Positions 28,583 to 38,623 of a stretch of DNA of 64,000 nt are shown piece by piece. The DNA lies in the NCBI GenBank assembly GCA_038063735.1, contig JBBTUN010000004.1:12111-76110 (forward strand), in the 5' to 3' direction. Positions within the stretch are counted from its first letter, which is position 1, and the number at the start of each line of letters is the position of its first letter. This DNA is from Patescibacteria group bacterium. GTDB lineage: Bacteria; Patescibacteriota; Microgenomatia; Curtissbacterales; GWA2-41-24. The position numbers and the translations under genes were made by a program. The notes under the pieces were generated by a model. That model saw only the letters and a program-made list of their open reading frames with translations, searched no databases and was not told the DNA's origin.

Positions 28583-29265
28583 TGAAAGTTTCTGTAATTA
28601 TTCCCAGTTTTAACGAGGCTCAAACCCTACCGATAATTCTTAAAAAATTAACAAATTTAAAAATGAGTCACACACTTGAAATAATTGTAGTCGATGATGG
28701 CTCTACCGATAACACACATCAAATAATAAAAAAACTTTTAAAAAATCGGAAAATACTGCTTATTACTAATAAAATCAATATTGGCAAAGGCGATGCCATA
28801 AAAAAAGCGCTTAAAAAAGCATCCGGAGAAGTAACCCTAATACAGGATGCGGACCTCGAGTATGATCCTGGCGAGATTCCAAAACTAATTGCGCCTTTTG
28901 CCAACAAAAAGACCTTAGTTGTGTACGGTTCCAGAATCTTAAAGAAAAATCCTGTTTCGCATTGGACTTTTGACTTAGGAGGTAAACTTTTAACTTTTAT
29001 TACTAATTTGCTCTACCAAACAAATATTACTGATGAAGCAACTGGATATAAAGCATTCAGAACAGACGTAATAAGAGCGATTAGCCTGAATGCGAAGGGT
29101 TTTGAATTTTGTCCCGAAGTGACAGCCAAAATTGCTAAAAAGAAAATTAAAATACAAGAAGTTTCAATCGGTTACAATCCCCGTCCGCCAAAAGACAAAA
29201 AAATAAAATGGCACGACGGATTGGCTGCCATATATTATTTGATTAAATACCGCTTTGTAAATTAA
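28582..29265 (+). CDS. GT2 family glycosyltransferase (polyprenol-phosphate sugar synthase, Dpm1-like)
   Basis: SVIIPSFNE...VVDDGSTDNT...DADLEYDP motifs. Start/stop-coupled to the upstream GT-C gene. Confidence 0.75.
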   Translation: MKVSVIIPSFNEAQTLPIILKKLTNLKMSHTLEIIVVDDGSTDNTHQIIKKLLKNRKILLITNKINIGKGDAIKKALKKASGEVTLIQDADLEYDPGEIPKLIAPFANKKTLVVYGSRILKKNPVSHWTFDLGGKLLTFITNLLYQTNITDEATGYKAFRTDVIRAISLNAKGFEFCPEVTAKIAKKKIKIQEVSIGYNPRPPKDKKIKWHDGLAAIYYLIKYRFVN

Positions 29266-29940
29266 TTGACTTTTAGTGTCAAAAATAAAATACTTAAGGG
29301 TGATATGAAGAAATTCGCTGTAGCTCTTTTTTTAATTATTTTAATACTCGCACTCTTTTTGCAAAGAAAATACCTATATCAATTTCTAGCGGCGAAAGAC
29401 TTTATCCAAAACGATATTGCTACCGAAGAGTACGTTAAATCAATAACTTCCCAAAACGGAAATTATGCATCAAGCTCAACGGCTATTTTTTTAAATAAAA
29501 AATTTGCACCTCCCGCAGACGAAACCTTAGCACAAAACACGACTGTTTTAGGTAATTCAACCCCTTCTGACGATAGCAGGTGGATAGAGGTTGATATATC
29601 CGAACAGCAATTATATATGATGGAAAACGGCAGAATAATAAAAAATTTTTCGGTTTCTACTGGAAAATGGTACCCAACGCCCCCTGGCCAGTGGCGAATT
29701 TGGACAAAGTTACGCTTTACCAGAATGAAAGGTGGATCAAAGGCTCTTGGTACATACTATGATTTACCAAACGTCCCTTACACTATGTATTACAATCAGG
29801 GCTATGGAATACATGGGGCATACTGGCATAACAACTTCGGCCATCCAATGAGTCATGGTTGTGTAAATATGAGACCTGACGAAGCTGGAATCGTATTTAA
29901 CTGGGCAAGCATTGGAACAAGGGTAATAGTGCGCTCATAG
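29266..29940 (+). CDS. L,D-transpeptidase (YkuD domain)
   Basis: N-terminal TM anchor and a catalytic domain with the YGIHGAYWHNNFGHPMSHGCVNM active-site motif (H...SHGC). Confidence 0.85.
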   Translation: MTFSVKNKILKGDMKKFAVALFLIILILALFLQRKYLYQFLAAKDFIQNDIATEEYVKSITSQNGNYASSSTAIFLNKKFAPPADETLAQNTTVLGNSTPSDDSRWIEVDISEQQLYMMENGRIIKNFSVSTGKWYPTPPGQWRIWTKLRFTRMKGGSKALGTYYDLPNVPYTMYYNQGYGIHGAYWHNNFGHPMSHGCVNMRPDEAGIVFNWASIGTRVIVRS

Positions 29941-29990
29941 CTTCACGAATATCCCAAGAAATTTAAAAATACCCAAGCTATAATTAGTAG

Positions 29991-30770
29991 ATGAATTATT
30001 TGCTAGCGATAATAGCCGGTGCAATTCAGGGCCTAACGGAATTCTTACCAATCTCCTCAACCGCACATCTTATAATTTTTCAAAAGCTTTTTAACCTTCC
30101 CGAAAACCAATTTGGACTCGCCTTCGACGCATCATTGCATCTTGGAACGCTACTGGCGATCTTAATTTTTTTCTTTAAAGATTACCTTTCCGTTTTTAAC
30201 ATTAAAAACAAACTCATCTTAAAGTTAATAATAGGAACAATCCCGGCCGCTATTTTAGGCATACTGCTCGAAAAGCGTATAGAAAGTGATTTCAGGAGCA
30301 TCCAGTTAATTGGTATAACACTCATCGTCTTCAGCTTTGTCATGATAATTGCAGAAAAATTTGCGAGGAGTAACGTAAAGAATAATCAAGTATCAAATTT
30401 TAAATCGCTAGTAATAGGTGTGTCTCAATCCTTGGCACTGGTCCCCGGCGTTTCAAGGTCTGGGGCCACTATATCGGCTGGCTTATTTTTAGGTTTAACA
30501 AGAGAAAAGGCAGCCCGCTTTGCTTTTATGCTTTCTGGTCCAATAATAGCGGGAGCAGGGGCCAAAAAATTTTTGGAAACCCTAACAAGCAAACCATCTG
30601 GATCTGATCTAGCATTATTTACGCTTGGAATTATTTCTTCTTTTGTCTTTGGATATCTAACTATTAAATACTTCTTAAGATTTCTAGCAACTAACAATCT
30701 GTCACCATTTATTATTTATAGAATACTTTTAGGTTTTGCTCTCCTGCTTATTCCATTATTGGTTAAATAA
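29991..30770 (+). CDS. uppP: undecaprenyl-diphosphate phosphatase
   Basis: BacA/UppP signatures: EFLPISSTAHLII, the SRSGATI motif and 8 TM helices. Confidence 0.9.
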   Translation: MNYLLAIIAGAIQGLTEFLPISSTAHLIIFQKLFNLPENQFGLAFDASLHLGTLLAILIFFFKDYLSVFNIKNKLILKLIIGTIPAAILGILLEKRIESDFRSIQLIGITLIVFSFVMIIAEKFARSNVKNNQVSNFKSLVIGVSQSLALVPGVSRSGATISAGLFLGLTREKAARFAFMLSGPIIAGAGAKKFLETLTSKPSGSDLALFTLGIISSFVFGYLTIKYFLRFLATNNLSPFIIYRILLGFALLLIPLLVK

Positions 30771-30798
30771 AAACCTAGTTATATAATTCACAAAAGCC

Positions 30799-31878
30799 AT
30801 GGAAAACCAACAAAATATTAACGATCTATTAGAAAGGTACGAAATTATTAAAAAGAGTTTCGATCCATTACAAAGTCAAAAAGAACTAAGAGAGCTTGAG
30901 GCCAAAAGTAATATGCCTATCTTTTGGCATGATACGCAAAACGCCAAAAAAATTATGAAAAAGATTGCAAATATCCAAAGAGAAATAGAAACTTTTGAGA
31001 ATTTAAATAAGGATATCAACGACCTAAAAGGGATGCTAGATCTTGGGGAGAACGATCTAAATATGGAACAGGAACTAACGAAGGAACTTAAAAGAGTGGA
31101 AAAGAACCTTGAAGACTTTGAAGTTAAAATGTTTTTGTCCGGCCCATACGATAAAAATTATGCGATTATTTCTATCCATGCCGGCCAGGGGGGAACAGAA
31201 GCTATGGATTGGGTGGGTATGTTGTCGCGTATGTATCAAAAATTCTTCACAAAATCCGATTGGAATTTTGAAGTTCTTGACGAAATACCGGGAGAAGAAG
31301 CTGGTTTTAAAACCGTCACCACGATAGTAAACGAAGATTACGCTTACGGACTCCTGAGAGGTGAGGCAGGCGTACACAGGCTTGTCAGACAGTCCCCTTT
31401 TAATGCAGACGGCTTAAGGCAGACATCGTTTGCACTTGTCGAAATTATGCCGGAAATTGAAGAGGGTGAAGCAGATGTTGAGATACGTGACGAGGATATA
31501 GAATTTGAAGCATACAGGTCCGGAGGTCACGGAGGCCAAAATGTTAACAAAGTCTCAACAGCAGTTCGACTTAAGCATATTCCAACGGGTATTGTAGTAA
31601 CATGCCAAACTCAAAGATATCAGGCACAAAATAGAGAAAATGCCCTCAAATTACTTAAGGCAAAACTCTGGATTTTAAGGCAAGCTGCAGACAAAAAAGA
31701 AAAAGACGCCCTAAAAGGTGGTCATGTTACACCAGGATGGGGCAATCAAATTCGCTCGTATGTTCTTCATCCGTACAAAATGGTCAAGGACCTAAGAACA
31801 AATTACGAAACACAAGACGCTCAAGCTGTACTGGACGGAGATCTCCAAAACTTTATAAAAGCAGAAATATCGATATAG
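30799..31878 (+). CDS. prfB: peptide chain release factor 2 (no programmed frameshift)
   Basis: SPF tripeptide (QSPFNADG), GGQ motif ([16 protein letters not shown]) and a continuous 359-aa ORF from Met1. Confidence 0.9.
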   Translation: MENQQNINDLLERYEIIKKSFDPLQSQKELRELEAKSNMPIFWHDTQNAKKIMKKIANIQREIETFENLNKDINDLKGMLDLGENDLNMEQELTKELKRVEKNLEDFEVKMFLSGPYDKNYAIISIHAGQGGTEAMDWVGMLSRMYQKFFTKSDWNFEVLDEIPGEEAGFKTVTTIVNEDYAYGLLRGEAGVHRLVRQSPFNADGLRQTSFALVEIMPEIEEGEADVEIRDEDIEFEAYRSGGHGGQNVNKVSTAVRLKHIPTGIVVTCQTQRYQAQNRENALKLLKAKLWILRQAADKKEKDALKGGHVTPGWGNQIRSYVLHPYKMVKDLRTNYETQDAQAVLDGDLQNFIKAEISI

Positions 31879-31975
31879 GTCAGTTTCTTGCCCAAGAACA
31901 AAAAATACTGATATAATTTAACAAATTATTATGCTAATTGGCCTTTTAAGGCCTCTGGTATATAATTAGACTTCA

Positions 31976-32449
31976 ATGGAAGATACTGCCACACAAAAAA
32001 TACCCGAGACAACACCACTGCGGTCTGTTCCTGCTAAAAACCCGCTGGGAGCATTAACTAAGGTTTTGCCGCTTTTTATTATCGCACTTATTGTTGGCCT
32101 CGGATTATTTACTGGCCTCATCCTGTCATCAAGAGCAAAAAGTGCTTCCATGGCCCCCGTTGCACAAAAAGAGGAAGACCTGACCCCAGAGGTAAAAGAA
32201 TCTTTTGCCCAAACTTTTAAAGATGAGGCAGAAGGCGTAATTGAGAAAAATGACAAACTGGACAAATATGCCCAGGGAACACATAAGCTGGTACGAACCG
32301 GCGGTGAATCACAAACAGCTTATTTAACGTCATCTATGCTGGATTTAGATGATTTTACGGGTAAAAAAATAAAAGTTTTTGGCGAGACCTTTGGATCCTC
32401 GCAGGTTGGCTGGCTTATGGACGTTGGGAAAGTAGAAGAATTAAAATAA
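31976..32449 (+). CDS. hypothetical membrane-anchored protein
   Basis: Single TM helix near the N-terminus and a charged soluble domain. Located upstream of ftsE. No family was recognised. Confidence 0.4.
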   Translation: MEDTATQKIPETTPLRSVPAKNPLGALTKVLPLFIIALIVGLGLFTGLILSSRAKSASMAPVAQKEEDLTPEVKESFAQTFKDEAEGVIEKNDKLDKYAQGTHKLVRTGGESQTAYLTSSMLDLDDFTGKKIKVFGETFGSSQVGWLMDVGKVEELK

Positions 32450-32470
32450 CTCCCCAACTAGCTTCATCCC

Positions 32471-33157
32471 ATGATTAAATTTGAATCAGTCAATAAAAAA
32501 TATCATTCTGGCGAAACAGCACTTGAGGATATAAGTGTCACAATAGAGAATGGCGATTTCGTTTTTGTAGTTGGTACATCTGGCGCCGGTAAATCCACAC
32601 TCTTAAAACTTATAACCCGTGAAATATTGCCAACAAGCGGGCATATATATTTTAACGATCAGGATATTTTAAAGATCCCAAGAAGCAAAGTGCCAATTTT
32701 AAGAAGACGAATTGGAACAGTCTTTCAGGACTTTAAACTTCTTTTAACAAAAACAGTTTTTGAAAACGTAGCCGTACCTCTTGAGGTCTTGTCGCAGAAA
32801 GAATCGACAATAGAAAGGGAAGTATCAACAGTTTTGGAGAAAGTTGGTCTTTTAGAAAAAGCAAACAGTTTCCCCCTGCAGCTTTCTGGTGGAGAAATAC
32901 AAAGAACCGCGATAGCAAGAGCGATAGTTTCCAAGCCGGAGATATTGCTTGCGGATGAACCAACAGGCGACCTGGACCCTAAAAACTCACTGGATATAGT
33001 AAGACTACTGGAAAAAATTAACCAGGACGACAAAACGATAGTTATTATGGCTACCCACAACGCTCAGGTTGTTAACCATTTTAAAAAAAGAGTCATAGTG
33101 CTAGATAAAGGTAAAATAGTAAAAGACGAAAAAGAAGGAAAATATGAGACAAGCTAA
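32471..33157 (+). CDS. ftsE: cell division ABC transporter ATP-binding protein FtsE
   Basis: Walker A GTSGAGKST, ABC signature LSGGEIQR and Walker B ILLADEPTG. Gene order is ftsE-ftsX. Confidence 0.9.
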   Translation: MIKFESVNKKYHSGETALEDISVTIENGDFVFVVGTSGAGKSTLLKLITREILPTSGHIYFNDQDILKIPRSKVPILRRRIGTVFQDFKLLLTKTVFENVAVPLEVLSQKESTIEREVSTVLEKVGLLEKANSFPLQLSGGEIQRTAIARAIVSKPEILLADEPTGDLDPKNSLDIVRLLEKINQDDKTIVIMATHNAQVVNHFKKRVIVLDKGKIVKDEKEGKYETS

Positions 33158-34016
33158 ACAAGCGATAAAGATTATAAGAAGAAGCCCGTATCAAGCCCTT
33201 GCTGCCACTCTTGCAATGTCTCTTACATTTTTCATTACCTCCATATTCGTCATATTAATTATTGGGGGACAAATAGTCCTCAATTATATTGAACAAAGAC
33301 CCCAGGTAATTGCTTTTTTTAAGGACGATGCCAAAGAATCCCAAATTAACGAAGTGATGGAAAAAGTAAAAAGTACAAACCTTATTAAAGATGTGAAATA
33401 TGTTTCCAAAGAAGAAGCCTTAGCAATTTACAGAGAAAGAAATAAAGATGAACCACTGCTATTAGAATCTGTAACCGCTGATTTCTTGCCGGCATCAATT
33501 GATATTTCTGTAAAAAAGGCCCAAGACATAAACGAAGTAACAAAACTTATTAAAGAAAACCCACTAGTAGAAAGAGTAATAACGCCGGAAAATCTGGTGG
33601 AGCAATTAGTTAAATGGACTAAAACTATAAGAACAGGCGGTATTGTTTTTGTCTCCACACTGCTTGCGGTTTCCTTCCTTATTATAATAATGGTAATAGG
33701 TATGAGAATAGCCTTAAGACGTGACGAAATCAGCATTATGAGTCTGGTAGGCGCTACAAAGTGGTACATTTCTAAACCATTTTTTATAGAGGGAGCTTTT
33801 TATGGGGTTGTTGGTGCATCTATTGCCGTGTTTTTAACCTACGTATTAATATTATTCTACTCTCCAAATATCCAGCAATTTTTAGGTCCAATTCAAGTAT
33901 TTCCAATAGACCCCCTCTTTTTCATCTATCTGTGGCTTGGGGAAATGTTATGCGCCGTATCAATTGGGATAGTTGGCGCAAGCATCGCCCTCTACAGATA
34001 TTTGAAGATTAAATGA
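33144..34016 (+). CDS. ftsX: cell division permease FtsX
   Basis: Four TM helices with a large extracytoplasmic loop after TM1. It overlaps ftsE by 14 nt. Confidence 0.85.
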   Translation: MRQAKQAIKIIRRSPYQALAATLAMSLTFFITSIFVILIIGGQIVLNYIEQRPQVIAFFKDDAKESQINEVMEKVKSTNLIKDVKYVSKEEALAIYRERNKDEPLLLESVTADFLPASIDISVKKAQDINEVTKLIKENPLVERVITPENLVEQLVKWTKTIRTGGIVFVSTLLAVSFLIIIMVIGMRIALRRDEISIMSLVGATKWYISKPFFIEGAFYGVVGASIAVFLTYVLILFYSPNIQQFLGPIQVFPIDPLFFIYLWLGEMLCAVSIGIVGASIALYRYLKIK

Positions 34017-35191
34017 GAAAAATATTAGTATTTTTTTCTACACTTTTTATAACCTCAGTTTTTTGCATATCGATTATCCGTGCGGTATCCCTAGAAGATT
34101 GTGAAAAAAATCCGGATAGCAATCTAGGCGATTGTATAAACCTGTTAACCTCAAAAGTAAGCGATTTAACTAGTCAGAAAAAAACCCTCTCTTCCCAAAT
34201 AAGCCAATTCGATACACAACTCAAAATAACACAGTTAAAAATAGCGGATTCCGAAAAAACTATTGCTCTGTTAGAAAAAGAAATAGGAATTTTGGGCTTC
34301 AGAATTGGTTATGTAACAGACTCAATTGATAAGCTTGAGGGGTTGGTAAAGCAAAGAATAGTTGCAACCTATCAACAAAGTTTTGTTTCCGATCTAGAAC
34401 TGGTTGCCGCTTCAAATGATTTCTCAGACCTGATTCTCAGGCTTCAATATATTAAACAAGTTCAGGAAAATGACAAAAAAATCTTGGCAAGTCTCCAAGC
34501 AACAAAAACAAATTATGCAAACCAAAAAGACGAAAGAGAAACAAAGCAAGCCGCAATCGAAGAACAAAAAACTAAACTGGAAGCCTTAAAAATAAACTTG
34601 GATAAACAAAAGACAGAGAAGCAGGCATTTTTAGAGATTACCAAAAACGATGAATCCAGATATCAAAAATTGCTGGCTGAAGCACAAGCAGAGCGGGCAA
34701 TTGTTTTTGGAGGGGGAACGGACATATTTATGCGTGATGTAAAACAAGGCGACACAATTGGATCAGTCGCATCCCACGGCGCAAGCCCGGGCTGTTCAAG
34801 CGGCGCCCATCTTCACTTCGAAGTACACAAAAACGGTAACCTGGAAGACCCAAACAATTATTTAAGATCGGGCGGTTTTAGTTATTCTTATCCCGATTCC
34901 CAATACTCTACTTATGGCACAATTAACCCTCGTGGTGACTTACCATGGCCGCTAAATGAGCCGATAACCATAAATCAGGGTTACGGGTCACACAGCTTTG
35001 CAAAATCATTTTATTACAATGGAATTCATGCAGGTATAGACATGGATTCATCATCAAGTTCTGTTAAAGCGGTAAAAGATGGAAAATTATATGGAGGCTC
35101 TTACAATTGTTCGAAGGGGAAATTATACTACGCAAAAGTCGAGCACAGTGATGGGCTTACAACTTGGTACTTACACATCATCCCCAACTAG
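34013..35191 (+). CDS. M23 family peptidoglycan metalloendopeptidase with N-terminal coiled coil (EnvC/PcsB-like FtsEX partner)
   Basis: Signal/TM sequence, a long coiled coil, then M23 motifs (HLHFEVHKNG, GIHAGIDMD). Overlaps ftsX by 4 nt. Confidence 0.8.
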   Translation: MRKILVFFSTLFITSVFCISIIRAVSLEDCEKNPDSNLGDCINLLTSKVSDLTSQKKTLSSQISQFDTQLKITQLKIADSEKTIALLEKEIGILGFRIGYVTDSIDKLEGLVKQRIVATYQQSFVSDLELVAASNDFSDLILRLQYIKQVQENDKKILASLQATKTNYANQKDERETKQAAIEEQKTKLEALKINLDKQKTEKQAFLEITKNDESRYQKLLAEAQAERAIVFGGGTDIFMRDVKQGDTIGSVASHGASPGCSSGAHLHFEVHKNGNLEDPNNYLRSGGFSYSYPDSQYSTYGTINPRGDLPWPLNEPITINQGYGSHSFAKSFYYNGIHAGIDMDSSSSSVKAVKDGKLYGGSYNCSKGKLYYAKVEHSDGLTTWYLHIIPN

Positions 35192-35226
35192 TTGACAAAA
35201 CTACTACAAATAATTATGGTCATTCT

Positions 35227-36078
35227 ATGCCCAAACAAGTACTAGTTGTACTCGCGTTTTTGTTTTTCTTATTTTTTGCTCCGAAAAATCTCCTTGCAGC
35301 AAACATTACAATAAATGAGTTTTTAGCAGAGCCTGCAGGAGACGAGAAAGAATGGATCGAGATAAAAAGTGATGAATCTGTAGATCTCTCAAATTATTAT
35401 CTTAAAGACAAAGTCGGAACTAAGAAAGATTTAGGCACCATACAGAACTGCGGCAGTTACTATTTGTGGGAGCTATCTGGCGGAGCAGGTTATTTAAATA
35501 ATTCTGGAGAAGAATCAATTTTTCTCTACGACCCACAAGATGCACTTGTTGACTCATACGAAAACTGGACCAACCCTGGTGAAAGCAAAACCTTGAGTAG
35601 GATCCCAGATGGAAATGGAGATTTTCAGGAAGCAGACGTCACGAAATGTGCGCAAAATACTGCTCCGGCAGATCCAACGCCGTCTCCGGACCCAAGCCCT
35701 ACCAGCGCACCTTCGTCAACGACGTCCACCAAGTCTCCAAGTCCAACACCAAAAAGCTCGCCTAAAAGCACTGCAAAATCCCCATCACCTACCCCTAAAC
35801 CATCAACCCAACCCAAAGAATCACCTCAAGTGCTTGGTAAAAATGATATTGCAGATTCAATATCGGCGCTTTCCGGCGATCAATTTTTAAATAGCCCGTC
35901 CCCAAATCCAAACCTATATCAAGCAGCCATAAGCAGTAATCTTGCCATAGTATTTATAGGTGTTGGTGCTGTACTAATTGGACTTTCGTTCGGCATGTAT
36001 TTATGGTACAAAAAAAGTTCAGAAAGACCGGAAATTAGTAAGGAAAAGGACAGATTTGAAGAAAACAAAGAAGAATAA
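35227..36078 (+). CDS. lamin-tail-domain (LTD) surface protein with Pro/Ser/Thr-rich linker and C-terminal TM anchor
   Basis: Signal peptide followed by an LTD core (NITINEFLAEPAGDEKEWIEI...NYYLKDKVG), a low-complexity PTS linker and a C-terminal hydrophobic helix plus basic tail. The start was chosen at ATG 35227. Confidence 0.6.
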   Translation: MPKQVLVVLAFLFFLFFAPKNLLAANITINEFLAEPAGDEKEWIEIKSDESVDLSNYYLKDKVGTKKDLGTIQNCGSYYLWELSGGAGYLNNSGEESIFLYDPQDALVDSYENWTNPGESKTLSRIPDGNGDFQEADVTKCAQNTAPADPTPSPDPSPTSAPSSTTSTKSPSPTPKSSPKSTAKSPSPTPKPSTQPKESPQVLGKNDIADSISALSGDQFLNSPSPNPNLYQAAISSNLAIVFIGVGAVLIGLSFGMYLWYKKSSERPEISKEKDRFEENKEE

Positions 36079-36091
36079 CAACTACAATTTT

Positions 36092-36445
36092 TTGAAAAAC
36101 TGGCTGCCCGTTTTTTTATGGGCGGCTATAATTTTCTATTTTTCTGCGTTTAAACAACCAAAAGTAAGCGAATTTTTTATCTGGGATTATGTCGTAAAAA
36201 AAATCGCGCATATAACAGAATATGCAATACTATATACACTAATTTATAGAGCTACGAAGCGAAACTTAATCCTCGCCTACATTATTACAATTTCATACGC
36301 AGCGACAGACGAATTTCATCAAAGCTTCGTTCTAGGTAGAACTGCAACGCCCCTGGACTTGGGATTTGATGCCTCTGGTGCTAATATAGCTACATATTTA
36401 TTATGGAAGTTAAAACAAATTCGCCGAAAGAAAGCCAGAAAGTAG
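36092..36445 (+). CDS. VanZ-family membrane protein
   Basis: Carries the VanZ-like motif TDEFHQSFVLGRTATPLDLGFDASG. A TTG start at 36092 was chosen because the track ORF start overlaps the LTD gene. Confidence 0.55.
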   Translation: MKNWLPVFLWAAIIFYFSAFKQPKVSEFFIWDYVVKKIAHITEYAILYTLIYRATKRNLILAYIITISYAATDEFHQSFVLGRTATPLDLGFDASGANIATYLLWKLKQIRRKKARK

Positions 36446-36834
36446 CCGAAAAACTCGCCAAAACTCTCGTGGGTGGCGACGTTGTTGCCCTTTACGGAGA
36501 GCTTGGAGCAGGGAAGACTATTTTTGTACAGGGGCTGGCAAAAGGCCTAAATATTAAACGAAAACTAACGTCTCCCACATTTGTATTTATGAGAAGCTAC
36601 CCGTTTGTGCAAAAGAAAAAAGCACTCACTTTCTATCACTTAGACTTATATCGGGGTCAAGAAAAAGCAGATTTTAAAAATCTGGGTCTGGATGAAATTT
36701 TCTCCCCGGATTCTATAGTCGTTTTAGAATGGGCGGACAGAATAATGGAGAGCTTGCCAAAAAATAGGATAGATGTAGTCATAGAAACCGTCAATGAAAA
36801 AAAAAGAAAGATTAAAATCCGCCGAAATAAATAA
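36403..36834 (+). CDS. tsaE: tRNA threonylcarbamoyladenosine biosynthesis protein TsaE
   Basis: P-loop GELGAGKT, SPTFVFMRSYP and YHLDLYR motifs characteristic of YjeE/TsaE. Confidence 0.85.
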   Translation: MEVKTNSPKESQKVAEKLAKTLVGGDVVALYGELGAGKTIFVQGLAKGLNIKRKLTSPTFVFMRSYPFVQKKKALTFYHLDLYRGQEKADFKNLGLDEIFSPDSIVVLEWADRIMESLPKNRIDVVIETVNEKKRKIKIRRNK

Positions 36835-37363
36835 GGCTTCGGCAATACTTAAAAAAGGTGGGGTAATTATTTTCCCGACAGATACGGTTTATGGAATAGG
36901 TTGTATTTTCAACAATGTCAAAGCAATCAGTCGAATAAGAAAGATAAAAAACAGCGATCAATACTTCCCAATTCTTATATCCAGTGCTAAACAGGTAAAG
37001 AAAATCGCATATATTAACCCAAAGGCGGCAAGTCTTATGAAAAAATATTGGCCCGGTGCGCTTACTCTAATCCTTGCGGCAAAAGATGGAAGCAAAATCG
37101 GATTTAGAATGCCAGACTCGCCGCTCGTTTTAAAACTAATAGAAAAAGTTGGTTGCCCTATCGTTGGAACGTCTGCAAATTTTCATGGCACAAAACCACC
37201 TAAAGAATATGAAGATCTGGACGCTTATTCTTTAAAAGCAGTCGACTACGCCCTTAAAGGGGATTGCCTTCAAAAACAGGAATCAACCGTAGTTGATACA
37301 ACGACTGGCCCGGTCACCGTGCTAAGACAAGGAGCAATTAAATTAAATGAAACTGATTATTGA
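36794..37363 (+). CDS. tsaC: L-threonylcarbamoyladenylate synthase (YrdC/TsaC type)
   Basis: YrdC fold signature GGVIIFPTDTVYGIGC and a single-domain length of about 190 aa. Confidence 0.85.
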   Translation: MKKKERLKSAEINKASAILKKGGVIIFPTDTVYGIGCIFNNVKAISRIRKIKNSDQYFPILISSAKQVKKIAYINPKAASLMKKYWPGALTLILAAKDGSKIGFRMPDSPLVLKLIEKVGCPIVGTSANFHGTKPPKEYEDLDAYSLKAVDYALKGDCLQKQESTVVDTTTGPVTVLRQGAIKLNETDY

Positions 37364-37673
37364 TTCAACAGACAGCAAAAACATAACTGTCAAAATCGAA
37401 GATAAAAAATCTGGTACTAGCGACTCGCTATTTGAGGAGCAAAAAACCGGCTCACAGGTTTTACTTCCCATGATAGACACTTTACTTAAAAAAAATAAAA
37501 TAACGTTGGCTCAAATAAAAGAAATCGAAGTTAATTCCGGCCCTGGCTCCTTTACCGGAACGCGTGTGGGCGTATCTATTGCAAATGCGCTGGGTTTTGC
37601 GCTAAATATTCCTGTCAATGGGAAAAAGGGTAAAATAGTAGTGCCGGTTTATGAAAAAAGTAAATTTGATTGA
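37347..37673 (+). CDS. tsaB: minimal TsaB (YeaZ) homolog, 108 aa
   Basis: It carries the SGPGSFTGTRVG motif of the TsaB/TsaD N-terminal ASKHA lobe only, and lies in a tsaE-tsaC-tsaB arrangement. Confidence 0.65.
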   Translation: MKLIIDSTDSKNITVKIEDKKSGTSDSLFEEQKTGSQVLLPMIDTLLKKNKITLAQIKEIEVNSGPGSFTGTRVGVSIANALGFALNIPVNGKKGKIVVPVYEKSKFD

Positions 37674-37705
37674 GTTATTATCCTATTAACTATGAACCAT
37701 CAACT

Positions 37706-38623
37706 ATGAACATTCTTGTAACAGGCGGAGCCGGATTTATAGGTTCGCATGTTGTAAAAATACTCCTCGACGCCGGCCACCAAGTTTCGGTTTTGGATAA
37801 TTTGTCTCTTGGCAGACGAGAGTCGGTAGACCTAAGAGCAAAACTTGTTGTAGGGGATATAAGCGACGCCCAAAAAGCAAAGGAGGCGCTCATGGGCACT
37901 GAAGCTGTCATTCACATGGCAGGGCTAATTGTCGTTCCGGATTCCGTTAAAGACCCAATAAAATATTGCACCACAAACGTTTTGGGCACGATCAAACTTT
38001 TGGAGGTTATGCGCGCGCTAAACGTCAAAAAGATAATTTTCTCATCTTCCGCATGTGTTTACGGAACACCGGAGAGTCTTCCCCTAAAAGAAAATGCAGC
38101 GGTTCATCCGGATAACCCGTACGGAGCATCCAAAGCTGCAATAGAATCCTATTTGCAAACATACAACGCAGTATATGGTTTTGATTCCATAATTCTGCGC
38201 TACTTTAATCCGTATGGCCCGGGTGAAATGCACGAGCCCGAAACGCACGCTATTCCGTGCTTTGTTAAATCGATCTTAGCCAAAAAACCAATACCTCTTT
38301 ACTGGAACGGTGAGCAAATTCGGGATTTTATCTATATAGACGACCTGGCAAAGGCGCACACCGGTGTCCTGGACTTAAAGGGGCACCAAATTTTCAATAT
38401 TGGCACAGAAAAAGGCGTAAAAGTAAGAGAAGTTATAGATTTATTATTTAAAATAGTTGGCTACGAGGTACCAATTGACGATTTGGGGCAAAGGCCGGGA
38501 GATGTGCCGGCAAATTATGCATCAAGCGCAAAGCTAATAAAAGCCATAGGATGGAAGGCAAATACTAGCTTAGAGGAAGGCCTAACTAAAACCGTAGAAT
38601 TTTTCAAAACCTTGACTAACTAG
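37706..38623 (+). CDS. galE: UDP-glucose 4-epimerase-like NAD-dependent epimerase
   Basis: Rossmann GGAGFIGSH, a YGASK catalytic triad region and a length of about 305 aa. The start was moved to MNILVTGG. Confidence 0.75.
   Translation: MNILVTGGAGFIGSHVVKILLDAGHQVSVLDNLSLGRRESVDLRAKLVVGDISDAQKAKEALMGTEAVIHMAGLIVVPDSVKDPIKYCTTNVLGTIKLLEVMRALNVKKIIFSSSACVYGTPESLPLKENAAVHPDNPYGASKAAIESYLQTYNAVYGFDSIILRYFNPYGPGEMHEPETHAIPCFVKSILAKKPIPLYWNGEQIRDFIYIDDLAKAHTGVLDLKGHQIFNIGTEKGVKVREVIDLLFKIVGYEVPIDDLGQRPGDVPANYASSAKLIKAIGWKANTSLEEGLTKTVEFFKTLTN

Noticed and set aside
31880-31910. Hairpin TTCTTG-ccc-CAAGAA after prfB
   Set aside because: It is followed by an A-run rather than a T-run on the plus strand, and the T-run precedes the hairpin on the minus strand. 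It is not a convincing intrinsic terminator.
35650-35830. Repetitive-looking DNA (SPSPTPK-encoding) that might be mistaken for a tandem or CRISPR-like repeat
   Set aside because: It is the low-complexity Pro/Ser/Thr linker inside the LTD protein coding frame. There are no regularly spaced identical repeats or spacers. No CRISPR array was seen anywhere in the window.
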